Position numbers and translations under genes: made by a program
NCBI GenBank assembly: GCA_963810275.1
Contig: CAWENF010000019.1
Span: 96,001-160,000 of the forward strand
From: an uncultured archaeon
Lineage (GTDB): Archaea > Thermoproteota > Bathyarchaeia > Bathyarchaeales > Bathycorpusculaceae
Reading direction: 5' to 3'
DNA: 64,000 nucleotides
The notes under the pieces: model-generated
Told to the model about the DNA's origin: nothing
Database searches by the model: none
The model's input: the letters and a program-made list of their open reading frames with translations, nothing else
In this document: in pieces, positions 10,232 to 19,714 of the stretch
How positions within the stretch are numbered: the stretch's first letter is position 1
How the letters are laid out: each line of letters opens with the position of its first letter

Positions 10232-10663
10232 TTAGCGACTGTAGTCTCTGCCGGATAGTTTTGAGCTTGGAGGTTTTGCGCCTGCTTCTGGAATCTGGGG
10301 CAGTGGAATAGGCGGTGGAATGTTGAGGCTACGTGATATCAAAACTGATTCTATGAACACAACATTTGAGATGGATTGGACAATTATGGGTGCCGGCGGC
10401 TTTTTCTGTTCATAGTCTTTTAGGACTTTGTCAACATCATCTTTTTCGCCGACCACATAAGCGTTGCCTTTGAGGCTTAACTGGGCTATGGAAGGATTGT
10501 AAATTATGGATAGCACGAAAGGTACTTCCAATGATTCATCTTGTTTTTTCTCCATCCCCACCACATTGATGTTTGTGCTGATTTGTATGGGCGGAACAGG
10601 CTTGCGAATATCCCAGAAACGTTCTGCTGAAATACTGGATAACACTACATTTACTCTGAGCAT
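10232..10663 (-). CDS. Conserved archaeal hypothetical protein downstream of rps27ae
   Basis: 143-aa ORF co-oriented 45 bp after rps27ae; beta-rich N-half, a helix and a proline-rich PPPIPLP tail. Confidence 0.75.
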   Translation of the reverse strand: MLRVNVVLSSISAERFWDIRKPVPPIQISTNINVVGMEKKQDESLEVPFVLSIIYNPSIAQLSLKGNAYVVGEKDDVDKVLKDYEQKKPPAPIIVQSISNVVFIESVLISRSLNIPPPIPLPQIPEAGAKPPSSKLSGRDYSR

Positions 10664-10708
10664 GTTAGGTCAAAAAAGAAATAGTGCGGTTGAGGGATTT
10701 AAAACTGT

Positions 10709-10939
10709 TTATTTCTGCTTATAGCGAGTAAAACCGCAGTGGCCGCATGTGTACCTGTCGTGATGGTCTGCCATAAAGTAGCCTGGACCGCAACGTTCAC
10801 AGGTTGGGCGTGCACGTGAAAGTTTTTCCCCTTCAACTTTATACATATCTTTAACACCGCTTTTTGACTCGGCTTTCTTATCTTTCTTCTCTTCGCCTTT
10901 CTTAGCTGCGTCGGGTTTGGCTCCGCCTTTTGGTGCCAT
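10709..10939 (-). CDS. rps27ae: 30S ribosomal protein eS31 (S27ae)
   Basis: CERCGPGYFMADHHDRYTCGHCG. Confidence 0.96.
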   Translation of the reverse strand: MAPKGGAKPDAAKKGEEKKDKKAESKSGVKDMYKVEGEKLSRARPTCERCGPGYFMADHHDRYTCGHCGFTRYKQK

Positions 10940-11256
10940 TATGCAGTCGCCTCTTCCTTAGGTTTTTCTGGGTTATTCCGTTTTTGGATGTATTCGGGTT
11001 CAACTAGTTTAGCCTGAGCAACGGACTGGTAAACGTTAGCTACTCCCTGAGTTATGGTGGTTCCGGTTTTGGTACGCATACGTTTAATATATACAACGTC
11101 GTCGCCTACTTTCATTTCTACGGCAACGGCTTTCTTGGCTTCCATTCTATGTGGAGTTTTCTCTTTTGGACCATGAATAATAGTGAAGCCTACTTCTGTC
11201 CGTTTAAGAAGCGGGTTTACTTTGGATGATTCAATTTTGATTTGCATTGTCTTCAC
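10939..11256 (-). CDS. rps24e: 30S ribosomal protein eS24
   Basis: NPLLKRTEV, TP.R, EPEYIQKRN. Confidence 0.95.
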   Translation of the reverse strand: MKTMQIKIESSKVNPLLKRTEVGFTIIHGPKEKTPHRMEAKKAVAVEMKVGDDVVYIKRMRTKTGTTITQGVANVYQSVAQAKLVEPEYIQKRNNPEKPKEEATA

Positions 11257-11289
11257 TTAAGGCGTAAATTCAAACAGTATTCTTCTTAT

Positions 11290-11817
11290 TTAGCTTTTCG
11301 AAGATTTCATCTCGTTTAGGAAGCCTTTTACTTGCTCTTTCATTGTTTTCGTCGATTCGGCAACCACAATACCTACATATGGCTGCCCATAAACAATGAA
11401 CGCTTTTTCAGGTGCGTACAAGATTGCGGGAAGTGTCAGAAGGTCTTCTTCGCCGTCAACTACTATATGTGTGTGCACACCACTCTCTAGCGCCGCTTTA
11501 ACTGCGACGGCTGCCTCCTCTGTTATGGTACCCTGAGGATTTTTGACATAAACGGTTTTCTCCACCTCCGCCTGCTCTGGCATGAGCTGGTGCCGCAGGG
11601 ATTTGCCGTCAAATATACTAAGCTGCGGGTCAAAGTTGAACTCGTGAAGACTCTGGCTCACTACATCGCCTACCGCCACTATCGCAAGTGGCTTTTCTTT
11701 GGTTGTTTTTTCCTGAAGTTTCCTCATAGTATCCTGTTGGGATCCCAAAATCAGTGTTCCAAAAGGTTCCTTGAAGAAGACACGTAGGCGAGGGGTTAGA
11801 GTGTACTCTACTTTCAT
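11290..11817 (-). CDS. GTP-dependent dephospho-CoA kinase (DUF359)
   Basis: VGDVVS, NPQGTIT, VDGEEDLL, YGQP; canonical position between spt4 and rps24e. Confidence 0.92.
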   Translation of the reverse strand: MKVEYTLTPRLRVFFKEPFGTLILGSQQDTMRKLQEKTTKEKPLAIVAVGDVVSQSLHEFNFDPQLSIFDGKSLRHQLMPEQAEVEKTVYVKNPQGTITEEAAVAVKAALESGVHTHIVVDGEEDLLTLPAILYAPEKAFIVYGQPYVGIVVAESTKTMKEQVKGFLNEMKSSKS

Positions 11818-11869
11818 TCGTTAAACATCAAAAATAGAAGAGGGACTGCTAAGTTAAGAAGCTATTTGC

Positions 11870-12055
11870 TTAGCGGACTTTGAGGGCGTATCTTCCTTTC
11901 TCTTTTATATTCATGGCTTTAGCGACGGCGCTGTGGTCAGGATCAAACATGACTACTAAACCGGCGTAGTCTTCGCTAAAACTTGTGGATTTGCATTTTG
12001 GGCACACGTTTTCTTTGGTGATGAAGTGGCAGTTTGTGCATGCTTTCTCGCTCAT
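11870..12055 (-). CDS. spt4: Transcription elongation factor Spt4 (RpoE'')
   Basis: KACTNCH...CPKC...SAVAKAMNI...GRYALKVR. Confidence 0.96.
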   Translation of the reverse strand: MSEKACTNCHFITKENVCPKCKSTSFSEDYAGLVVMFDPDHSAVAKAMNIKEKGRYALKVR

Positions 12056-12067
12056 TTTTTCTGTCTC

Positions 12068-12646
12068 CTAAGCTTTGGCTGGGGCTTCAGCTGGTTTCTT
12101 TTCGCCGCTTTGGTCTTCTTTTAGCCAATCAAGTTTTCCCAAGAATGGTTGTCTTGCTGTTATACCGATTTTGCCGCTGCTGCCTGCTCTACCAAGTGAG
12201 ACTGCGGTGATGCGGGCACGGATTTGGTCGCTGCTGCTGAGTTTACGTTTGGTTTCTTTGCCCAAAAGCACGCCCTGTTTTTCGTCGTAGCTAATGTAGT
12301 CGTCCATTAGTTGGCTGACGTGGAGAAGTGCGTCGACTGGCCCGATTCGGACGAATGCGCCGAAGTCTGCGATTTCCACTACGTCGCCTTCCACGACTTC
12401 CTGTATGATTGGGTAGAATGTGAGAAGGGAAAAGCTTACTTTGTGGTATGTTGCGCCGTCGCCTGGGATAATCTTCCCAATGGGGCTTACCTCTATGCCT
12501 GTAACAGCTATGACGTATCCTAATTCTTCGTCCACTATACCTTCGTATTTATGTTTAACTTGGTCTCTGCCCACTTTCTCCAGTGGGTTACCGAAGGTTT
12601 CGGGTGGAATACGGATGGTATCTTGAAGAGTAATTAATTTGAACAT
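12068..12646 (-). CDS. rpoE1: RNA polymerase subunit Rpo7 (E')
   Basis: IRIPP, IIPGDGA, FGAFVRIGPVDALLHVSQ, RQPFLGK. Confidence 0.97.
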   Translation of the reverse strand: MFKLITLQDTIRIPPETFGNPLEKVGRDQVKHKYEGIVDEELGYVIAVTGIEVSPIGKIIPGDGATYHKVSFSLLTFYPIIQEVVEGDVVEIADFGAFVRIGPVDALLHVSQLMDDYISYDEKQGVLLGKETKRKLSSSDQIRARITAVSLGRAGSSGKIGITARQPFLGKLDWLKEDQSGEKKPAEAPAKA

Positions 12647-13069
12647 CTACAATATCAACCCGTCAATGTCTAACCGAGATTTTTGTCTCAGATAAATCAC
12701 TGGCACACTTATATCTCTTAGCCTCCTTCGAAGAGCAATATCATTTGTTAAAACGGGGCTACCCCAGTTTTTCGCCACTCGTGCAATTACGTCATCTACT
12801 CCTTCGTCTTTAGAGTCCACAGCCACCAGCCGGCATTTTTTTGATAGACGCAAAGCAAAACTAGCTTGCCTTTGCACCTTCGGCTCATCACCCTCAGCCA
12901 ACAGCTCCAACTCACGCTTAACCACAGAAAGCAGCACAAAATCAACGTTTCGAGTCAACAACCGCTTTGTTCCATCGTAAATGTCCAATTTGAACTCTAA
13001 AGGTATGAAGAATGAATTAGAATCCAAAATCACTTTAACGGGTTGAGCTGGGCGTTTCTGTGACGACAC
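12647..13069 (-). CDS. PIN-domain ribonuclease (Fcf1/Utp24-like)
   Basis: VILDSN, VKREL, VDD, TNDIALRRRL; usual position upstream of rpoE1. Confidence 0.88.
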   Translation of the reverse strand: MSSQKRPAQPVKVILDSNSFFIPLEFKLDIYDGTKRLLTRNVDFVLLSVVKRELELLAEGDEPKVQRQASFALRLSKKCRLVAVDSKDEGVDDVIARVAKNWGSPVLTNDIALRRRLRDISVPVIYLRQKSRLDIDGLIL

Positions 13070-13200
13070 ATGCAGGAGCTCCTTGTTTTTGTAACTGTGC
13101 CTGTGAGCTTAAAGGTTTTGCTAGGGCAAGGCTCCATAGGGTCTACTACTACTTTAAATATTAAGAATTAATGAATTGGTGCAGATTAGGTGACTTGTTA

Positions 13201-13632
13201 GTGCTCCGTGAAAAATCCTGTGGCGCAGTTATATACATTAACAATCAAGAGTTAACTCGATACCTTCTGCTTAACTATACAGGGGGTCACTGGGACTTCG
13301 TTAAAGGCAACGTTGAGCACAATGAAACAGAGAAGCAAACCGTCATTAGGGAAATGATGGAGGAAACAGGCATAACCCACGCAGAGTTCATAGGCGACTT
13401 CCGTGAATCAATAAACTACTTTTACCGCCGCCAAGGACAAAACATCAACAAAGAAGTGGTGTTCTACATAATCGAATCTCAAACCGAAGAAGTTACCATA
13501 TCTTTTGAGCACATCGGCTACACTTGGCTCACATACCAGCAAGCCCTCGATAAATTAACGTTTAAAAACGCCAAAGATGTACTGCAGAAAGCCCATGATT
13601 TCTTGCAAAGAAAGGGCTTAGTGAGAGGCTAA
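13201..13632 (+). CDS. NUDIX hydrolase, Ap4A hydrolase-like
   Basis: HWDFVKGNVEHNETEKQTVIREMMEETG Nudix box, SCGAV and ISFEH. GTG start at 13201 is likely. Confidence 0.9.
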   Translation: MLREKSCGAVIYINNQELTRYLLLNYTGGHWDFVKGNVEHNETEKQTVIREMMEETGITHAEFIGDFRESINYFYRRQGQNINKEVVFYIIESQTEEVTISFEHIGYTWLTYQQALDKLTFKNAKDVLQKAHDFLQRKGLVRG

Positions 13633-13638
13633 ACCGCT

Positions 13639-14883
13639 TTATTTTATGAGCCCATACCCGATGAGTCTCCATCGGGCAGTGATTTTTCTACTGATGGCAA
13701 CTCGGCTGCCCGGTAGGGCGCAAATAGGTCTTGTTAATTTGACTTTCAGTTGGTTCTGCTTTATGTTGATAACTTTGCCCACGTTAACCGCTGCACCGAT
13801 GTGTAGCAGCAACGCCTCATCAGGGTTGATTTTCTCGACCTTCTGCAACTCCTTGCTGCCTACAACGCGTTCAAGTACGAAAGTGTCCATAGTGATTTCG
13901 GTTACGGTGGGCGGCAACATGCCTGACTTGCCTGCAATGCTTCCAGTTAAGCCATCTGCTTTAGAGTAGGATGGGTCAAGCAGAGTGCCTACTCCGACGA
14001 GTCCGCCGCAGGTGGCTTCTTTGACGTTTTTCTCTCCAGCGTGTAGACTGACGATTTCGCTAACCAATGGGTCGTAAACGGTTTTGCCTTCCCGTTCCGT
14101 CATGATGCCTGGGCGAATCTCAATTTCTTCACCGACAGCAAATTTTCCCTGCACGATGGTTCCGCCGATGATGCCGCCTTCTATGTCGTCGATGGTTGTG
14201 CCTGGCTTGTTAATGTCAAAAGAGCGGATGATATACATTAACGGTGCCACGTCGGGATTGCGGTGTGGCGTTGGGATGATGGCTTGTATAGCCTCTAATA
14301 GGACATCGACGTTTATGCATCGCTGCGCCGAAATCGGAATGATGGGTGCGTTCTCCGCTACAGTCCCTTTAACGAACTCTTTAATTTCCTTGTAGTTTTC
14401 CAACGCGCGTTGGCGGTCTACGATGTCGATTTTATTTTGAACAATAATGATGTTTTTCACGCCACTGACTTCTGCCGCTGCAAGGTGCTCGCGGGTCTGA
14501 GCCTGCGGGCAGGGCTCGTCGGCTGCGATGACGAGGATGGCGCCGTCCATGATGGCTGCTCCGGAAAGCATTGTTGCCATAAGCGCTTCGTGTCCGGGTG
14601 CGTCGACGAAGCTTATTGCGCGCACAAACTCGGCGGGTGAGTTGCATTTTTCACAGACTGGTTGGATGGTGTAGTTGTTGGGTGGCGGGCACTTGGTGCA
14701 TTGGAAAATGGGCATATCTGCATAGCCAAGTTTGATGGTGATGCCTCTTTTGAGTTCTTCACTGTGACGTGACGCCCAAGTGCCTGTTAACGCTTGGACA
14801 AGAGTGGTTTTGCCGTGGTCAACGTGACCGATGGTGCCTATGTTGACTTCTGGCTGCTTGGGTAGGGCTTTGGCGTTACTCAT
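13639..14883 (-). CDS. eif2g: Translation initiation factor aIF2 gamma
   Basis: GHVDHGKT, RGITIKLGYA, Zn knuckle, DAPGHE, QNKID, RWRLIGYG. Confidence 0.98.
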   Translation of the reverse strand: MSNAKALPKQPEVNIGTIGHVDHGKTTLVQALTGTWASRHSEELKRGITIKLGYADMPIFQCTKCPPPNNYTIQPVCEKCNSPAEFVRAISFVDAPGHEALMATMLSGAAIMDGAILVIAADEPCPQAQTREHLAAAEVSGVKNIIIVQNKIDIVDRQRALENYKEIKEFVKGTVAENAPIIPISAQRCINVDVLLEAIQAIIPTPHRNPDVAPLMYIIRSFDINKPGTTIDDIEGGIIGGTIVQGKFAVGEEIEIRPGIMTEREGKTVYDPLVSEIVSLHAGEKNVKEATCGGLVGVGTLLDPSYSKADGLTGSIAGKSGMLPPTVTEITMDTFVLERVVGSKELQKVEKINPDEALLLHIGAAVNVGKVINIKQNQLKVKLTRPICALPGSRVAISRKITARWRLIGYGLIK

Positions 14884-14984
14884 GTGGTTCTTCTCTTCTG
14901 TGAATAATTGGAAACGAGTAAAAAGAATAAGTTATGGAGTTTATAAGGGTTAAGCAGGCTTAAATAAAAAGCCTGGTCTACTGC

Positions 14985-15365
14985 TCACTCAGCTTTAGCT
15001 GGGGCAGTTACTTGGGCGGGTCTGTCAACAATTTTTACGTTGATTTGGACGATTTCGTCGGTAATTACTTCGCCTCGGACGGTTTTTCTTTTGCGTCCAC
15101 CTTTACGGGTTGGGTTGTATCCTGCGCCACCGCTTAACACTACTGCTCTGCGGACGCCTCCGTGGACGTCGTTTCTCATTGGCACGCCGTCGCTGTCGCT
15201 ACCGCCTGTAAGTTGGATTTTGTGTGCTGGCATATCAACAGCTGCGCCGTCTATGGTTTCGCCCAGTTTTTTCCCTATGAATGGGCTTGCGCGTGCTTCT
15301 TCCAGCTCTACGACTTTGGATGTTCCCGCTTGTGGGTCGGAAACTATGACTTTGAACTTTGCCAT
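14985..15365 (-). CDS. rps6e: 30S ribosomal protein eS6
   Basis: FKVIVSDP, LTGGSDSDGVPMR, GGRKRKTVRG. Confidence 0.97.
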   Translation of the reverse strand: MAKFKVIVSDPQAGTSKVVELEEARASPFIGKKLGETIDGAAVDMPAHKIQLTGGSDSDGVPMRNDVHGGVRRAVVLSGGAGYNPTRKGGRKRKTVRGEVITDEIVQINVKIVDRPAQVTAPAKAE

Positions 15366-15488
15366 ACTGATTAACTCTCCAGCGGAATATGTAAGTTGGC
15401 TGGTCTCTCTATTAAGTATTTATCCCCTGAAAATGTAATTCATCAGAAATAACAATTTACGGCTGGCAATTAGCCTAAGTTTTAATGG

Positions 15489-16634
15489 CTATCTATTGTC
15501 TGTGTTTTCCCGTCTCTCACAAATCGGCGGTTGCTGGTCAGTTATCTCTTTGTCTGTTTTGGGGTCATTTTGCTTTTTCATGTTTGGTGTTTTGGGGTCT
15601 CTAGGCGAGATAACGGTAAAATGGAATGTCATATAGGAAATGATGGTTTTTAAGAAGAAAATCAATACGCCGCCCAAAAGCGCCACGGAAGCGCCGACGG
15701 CAAAGGGTACGCCAAGTGTACGGTAGATTTCGCTTGTTATTATTTGGGCGTAGCCTACAAAGGCGTATCCTTGCGATTCTAAGTTGCCGGCAATGGATTT
15801 TACGATTACGACTTTGTCAATTGGAATCAGCTGTGAGAGCGCGGCAAACACGAAGAGCAGGGTGATGATTTCAAAGCACCATCCCAGAAAAGAAAATAAG
15901 ATTGGTTTGATTAGCATTTGGGGTTTTTTGAGAAGTATTTTCATGCCTTCGTGGTAGTCGCCTAACGCTTTGTCCACTTTGCCTTCAAGGGTTGCAAGAG
16001 TAGCACGGTTTTTGAAGATGCGACTCAGGCTGTTAAATAAGTGTGTTACTATCTTTTTGGCTGCTACTGGTTTGAAGCTTGCTAAAAGTAGTACTGCAAG
16101 CGGTAACGTGAGAAGCAGGATTATGCTGCCTAGGCTTATAAGCAATGAAGTTTCCAATCGGTAGTTTATGATCAGCAGTGTAAGCGCGAAAATCATGCCT
16201 CCGAGGTTGAATACTGCTTCGTACATGTTTTTGGCGACTACCGATGCGACTGCTTTTCCGCTTTGTATGTTGGGGTCTTTGTTTAGCAGGTAGGCTTTGA
16301 AGAGGTCGCCTGACCAGCCTCCTGGGATTAGGTTGTCTATGAATATGCCGACCCAGTAAAGTTTGAATGCTCGAAGCAGGGTGATTTTGATTTGAAGGGC
16401 GCTAAGGAGTTGACGCCATACCATGGTGTTGAAGAATATAGAAACCATGAGGCTTAGGATAGCTAGCATGTAGAGTGATAGGTTTGTTTGCTCAACGACT
16501 CCTACCAGTTGGGGTATACCCACAACGTAGAGGAGATACAAAATCAGCGCTGTGTACCCAATTAGTGTGGTGACTATTATTAACCTCTTGATAGATGGGC
16601 TGATTGCAAAAGGTCTCGCGCCACTCTCTTCCAT
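15489..16634 (-). CDS. LPG-synthase TM / flippase-like membrane protein (UPF0104)
   Basis: Multi-TM protein with W..LL and GIFIDNLIPGGWSGDLFKAYLL. Confidence 0.8.
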   Translation of the reverse strand: MEESGARPFAISPSIKRLIIVTTLIGYTALILYLLYVVGIPQLVGVVEQTNLSLYMLAILSLMVSIFFNTMVWRQLLSALQIKITLLRAFKLYWVGIFIDNLIPGGWSGDLFKAYLLNKDPNIQSGKAVASVVAKNMYEAVFNLGGMIFALTLLIINYRLETSLLISLGSIILLLTLPLAVLLLASFKPVAAKKIVTHLFNSLSRIFKNRATLATLEGKVDKALGDYHEGMKILLKKPQMLIKPILFSFLGWCFEIITLLFVFAALSQLIPIDKVVIVKSIAGNLESQGYAFVGYAQIITSEIYRTLGVPFAVGASVALLGGVLIFFLKTIISYMTFHFTVISPRDPKTPNMKKQNDPKTDKEITDQQPPICERRENTDNR

Positions 16635-16777
16635 GGTTAAGTAGTATTTTTAACGCTATTTCAGTTTTATCCAAATATTACTTGCCTTTTTGTCTTCTCT
16701 CAGCTGGAGATTTCAAGCACAATTCTGATTTCTCAGCTAGGAAACATTTTATCTCCCTTCACTGTGGTGCTCTTGCT

Positions 16778-18019
16778 ATGTGGCGGCTTGGCTTCTTCTT
16801 CCACGATATGGCGTTTGGGTTACTAACAGTTTTCATTCCGCTGTACGTTGTTACTTTCCAAGACACAAGCCTCCTTGGCGGACCACTTATGACTTTGGGC
16901 ATAATGACATCCATAGCCATTTTCTGTTCCATTCCCACATCGTACTTTTGGGGACATCTCTGTGATAAAAAACGCCGCTACAAAGCTTTCATACTACTTA
17001 GCTTCGGCTCTATTTCCATAATCCTGTTTTTGATGTCTTTGCCTTTCGCTCAAAACCTCTTAGTATTCATAGGCCTCTACATCGTCATGCAGATGCTACA
17101 CGTCGCCCACGAATCCCCCAAAAATGTGTTAGTTACCGAACACTATAGCCGCACCGACTGGGAACACTCCTTTGGGCTCTATGAGGGCGTAACCGAAATC
17201 GGGTTCATAGCTGGCTTAGCGGCAGGCATGATTATCTTTGCTTCCACAGTTGCTATCCCCACTTTGATCACTTACACCTTTTACTTGTGTTGCGGCTTAA
17301 ACGTCGTCTCCTTTGTGTTGGCGGTGCGGTTAATTACTGACCCCATAATGATTTTCGAGCGGCGACTTGTAGGTCTTGAGCGGTCGCTTGAGTTGGCACA
17401 CCGTGGTTTTGAGAGATCCTCCCGAATCATGGACGGACTAAAATGGCGTGGCTCACTTAAACGCGAAAGTTTCTCAAAATTCGCAGTTGCTATAGTTTTG
17501 TATTCTCTTGCCTCAAGCACATTATTTACTCCACTGCCCATTTACCTGCTTCACCTCTTCGAGGGACAGCAACAGTACGTATATTTTGCTTTCATTCTCT
17601 GCTCCATTGGAGCCGCTTTAGGTTACTTTCTTATCCGGGCTAAATCTTCACTAGATAACAAGCGCCAAATGCCCCGTTACATGTTCCTTCGCAGTTTCCT
17701 CGTTTTTATTTTGGTTGCGGTTGTCTCCTTCGCCATTTTCCCTGTGATATTAACTTGTGTTATACTCGTGGGATTGGGGTTTGTTTTCTCCATGTACTAC
17801 ATCATGATGCTTGCTTTGTCAATGGAGATTATTCCACAGGGCAAAGCAGGATTATTCGACGGCATGGTAAACTTGGGCCTTGCAGTAGGCGCTTTTCTCG
17901 GGCCATTCTTAGCGAGCTACTTTTCTTATTTGCCTAAGCAATTCGTTTATTTGCCTATATTCGTAATTACGGCTATATTGTTTTTAGTTGCCTACATATC
18001 CATAAAACTTGCAAGATAA
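16778..18019 (+). CDS. MFS transporter
   Basis: About 12 hydrophobic segments and motif A-like WGHLCDKKRRYK. Start set at ATG 16778 to avoid overlap. Confidence 0.82.
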   Translation: MWRLGFFFHDMAFGLLTVFIPLYVVTFQDTSLLGGPLMTLGIMTSIAIFCSIPTSYFWGHLCDKKRRYKAFILLSFGSISIILFLMSLPFAQNLLVFIGLYIVMQMLHVAHESPKNVLVTEHYSRTDWEHSFGLYEGVTEIGFIAGLAAGMIIFASTVAIPTLITYTFYLCCGLNVVSFVLAVRLITDPIMIFERRLVGLERSLELAHRGFERSSRIMDGLKWRGSLKRESFSKFAVAIVLYSLASSTLFTPLPIYLLHLFEGQQQYVYFAFILCSIGAALGYFLIRAKSSLDNKRQMPRYMFLRSFLVFILVAVVSFAIFPVILTCVILVGLGFVFSMYYIMMLALSMEIIPQGKAGLFDGMVNLGLAVGAFLGPFLASYFSYLPKQFVYLPIFVITAILFLVAYISIKLAR

Positions 18020-18068
18020 AACTTGCAAAAATAGAAGAGTTGAGTTGATTTCCGCTCTGGTCTTTTGT

Positions 18069-19211
18069 TTATTCGGTGTGAACTCTGTATAAGTCGACGT
18101 CTTCGGCCATGGCGGGTGTCAATTCAAGGAAGTCTCGAACTGAGCGTTTAACGTCTTTGGATTGGGTGAATTATCTGCCAACGATGAGGATATATGCGCC
18201 TTTCTCAAGTGCTTCCTTTGCGGTTTCTGAAACTATGCCGCCTGCAACTGCAATGAGGATTTTATTGTTTGGGAAGGCTTCTCGGATATGTTTTATGCGT
18301 TCTAACCGCTGCTTCTTCCATTTTCTTGGTAGATGCCTCCTGTGTAGGACCACGATGTCCGGCAAATCTTTTAGGGATTTAAGTTTTGCAAGATACTCTT
18401 CTTTAGCATATCGATTACAGCGTAGCTTCCTAAGTGTCTGGCTTCCTGCACGGTTGAGTCTAAGGTTTTTGAGGGAGCTAAGCCTGCTGCTACCACTGCA
18501 TCAGCAGTGTCTTCATATGCTATGTCTGTTTCGATTTTGCCTACGTCAAGTGTTTTGAGGTCTGCGATTATTAATTTGTCTTGGGGCTTTTTTCTTATGT
18601 CGTTTATGACTTTTGTGCATACCCTTTGATAAGTGGAGTTCCGACTTCAAGGACTATTCTATCACTGCCCGGCAACTGCTCAATGGCTTTTAGGGCCGCC
18701 TCAAGGTTTGGTGCATCAAGGGCGATTTGGAGGTACCGTGGACGCTATAGACGTGGAACTTTAAAGTCCATGATTGGGTGCTTCGCGCGATCTTTATTAT
18801 AGTTGATTTTGTCCAGTGACGGGTACTTCTTTATAGCGCGTTGCAGAGCCATTTTTGTCGCTTCGTAGTTGTATTGGTAGCTCTTGCGATAGTCCTCTGC
18901 CTGCGGGTGAATGAACACGCTGCAGATTATGACCCTGTCGTCGACCTTGTCTTGGGGTATGACCCCTTCCTTCTGCGGCGTCAGCTATGGCTTTGGCGAC
19001 TGCGGCTTGGGCTGGACCGAAGATTTTGCCTGTGTCCGCCATATTTTTTAATGTGACCTTGGGCCCTATGAGCCGTGAGGTTTTGGCGGCAGGTTAGGGC
19101 GGATAACAGCCAGCAACGTTGTGTGACCCCTGAGAGGGTGGTTAAGCCATTGGCGAATGCTTGACCAACTGGTCCTATCTTGTCGCCTATCATGAGGTCA
19201 ACATGTGCAAC
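18069..19211 (-). pseudogene. fae-hps: Decayed bifunctional formaldehyde-activating enzyme / hexulose-6-phosphate synthase
   Basis: Fragments in several frames: [23 protein letters not shown]; [16 protein letters not shown]; [25 protein letters not shown]; EVGTPLIK; IAVAGGI...ILIVGR*FTQSKDV. Multiple frameshifts, in-frame stops and a missing N-terminus. Confidence 0.9.
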
Positions 19212-19486
19212 TTATTTTTTTAGCAGAATTCAGAAATTATTTTATGAGTGTGTTGCGGCTTTCAGGCTTTTTAACGTCTGTTCCTGACATTAGGTTAGTT
19301 TAGGCGGTGTCTGTTTAACATTTCATCTATAAATAAAATCGGAAGAACTATGCTATAACTACTTTCCGATGATTTCATTACTTTAAATTATCGGGGTATT
19401 AGCGTAAGTTAGGCGATGCAGACCCAACCCATATTTTTTGGTTATAAATATTTATATTTCAAGGTCTTCTATTCAAACCTAATTCA

Positions 19487-19714
19487 ATGGGGACCAATAT
19501 GTTTCGCATAGACTGGGTACTGTTAGTTGCCTTCATTGCTGGTTTTCTGCTTTTCCTCTACGGAGCAAACCTAACCATCTGGAGCGGAGCCAATTTTAAC
19601 TCTAGAATGGCAGCAGCTATCGGCTACAGCGGCATCTACCTCGCCATCGGCTCCGTCGCAATATACTTGGTTATCTACGTCTACAAGGAACTCAAACAAC
19701 GACAAATCTTCTAA
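19487..19714 (+). CDS. Small two-TM membrane protein
   Basis: 75-aa ORF with two hydrophobic helices and an AT-rich TATA-like element upstream. Confidence 0.7.
   Translation: MGTNMFRIDWVLLVAFIAGFLLFLYGANLTIWSGANFNSRMAAAIGYSGIYLAIGSVAIYLVIYVYKELKQRQIF

Noticed and set aside
18745-18747. In-frame TAG as pyrrolysine readthrough
   Set aside because: It replaces a conserved Trp in a gene that also has frameshifts and a TAA; this is simple decay.
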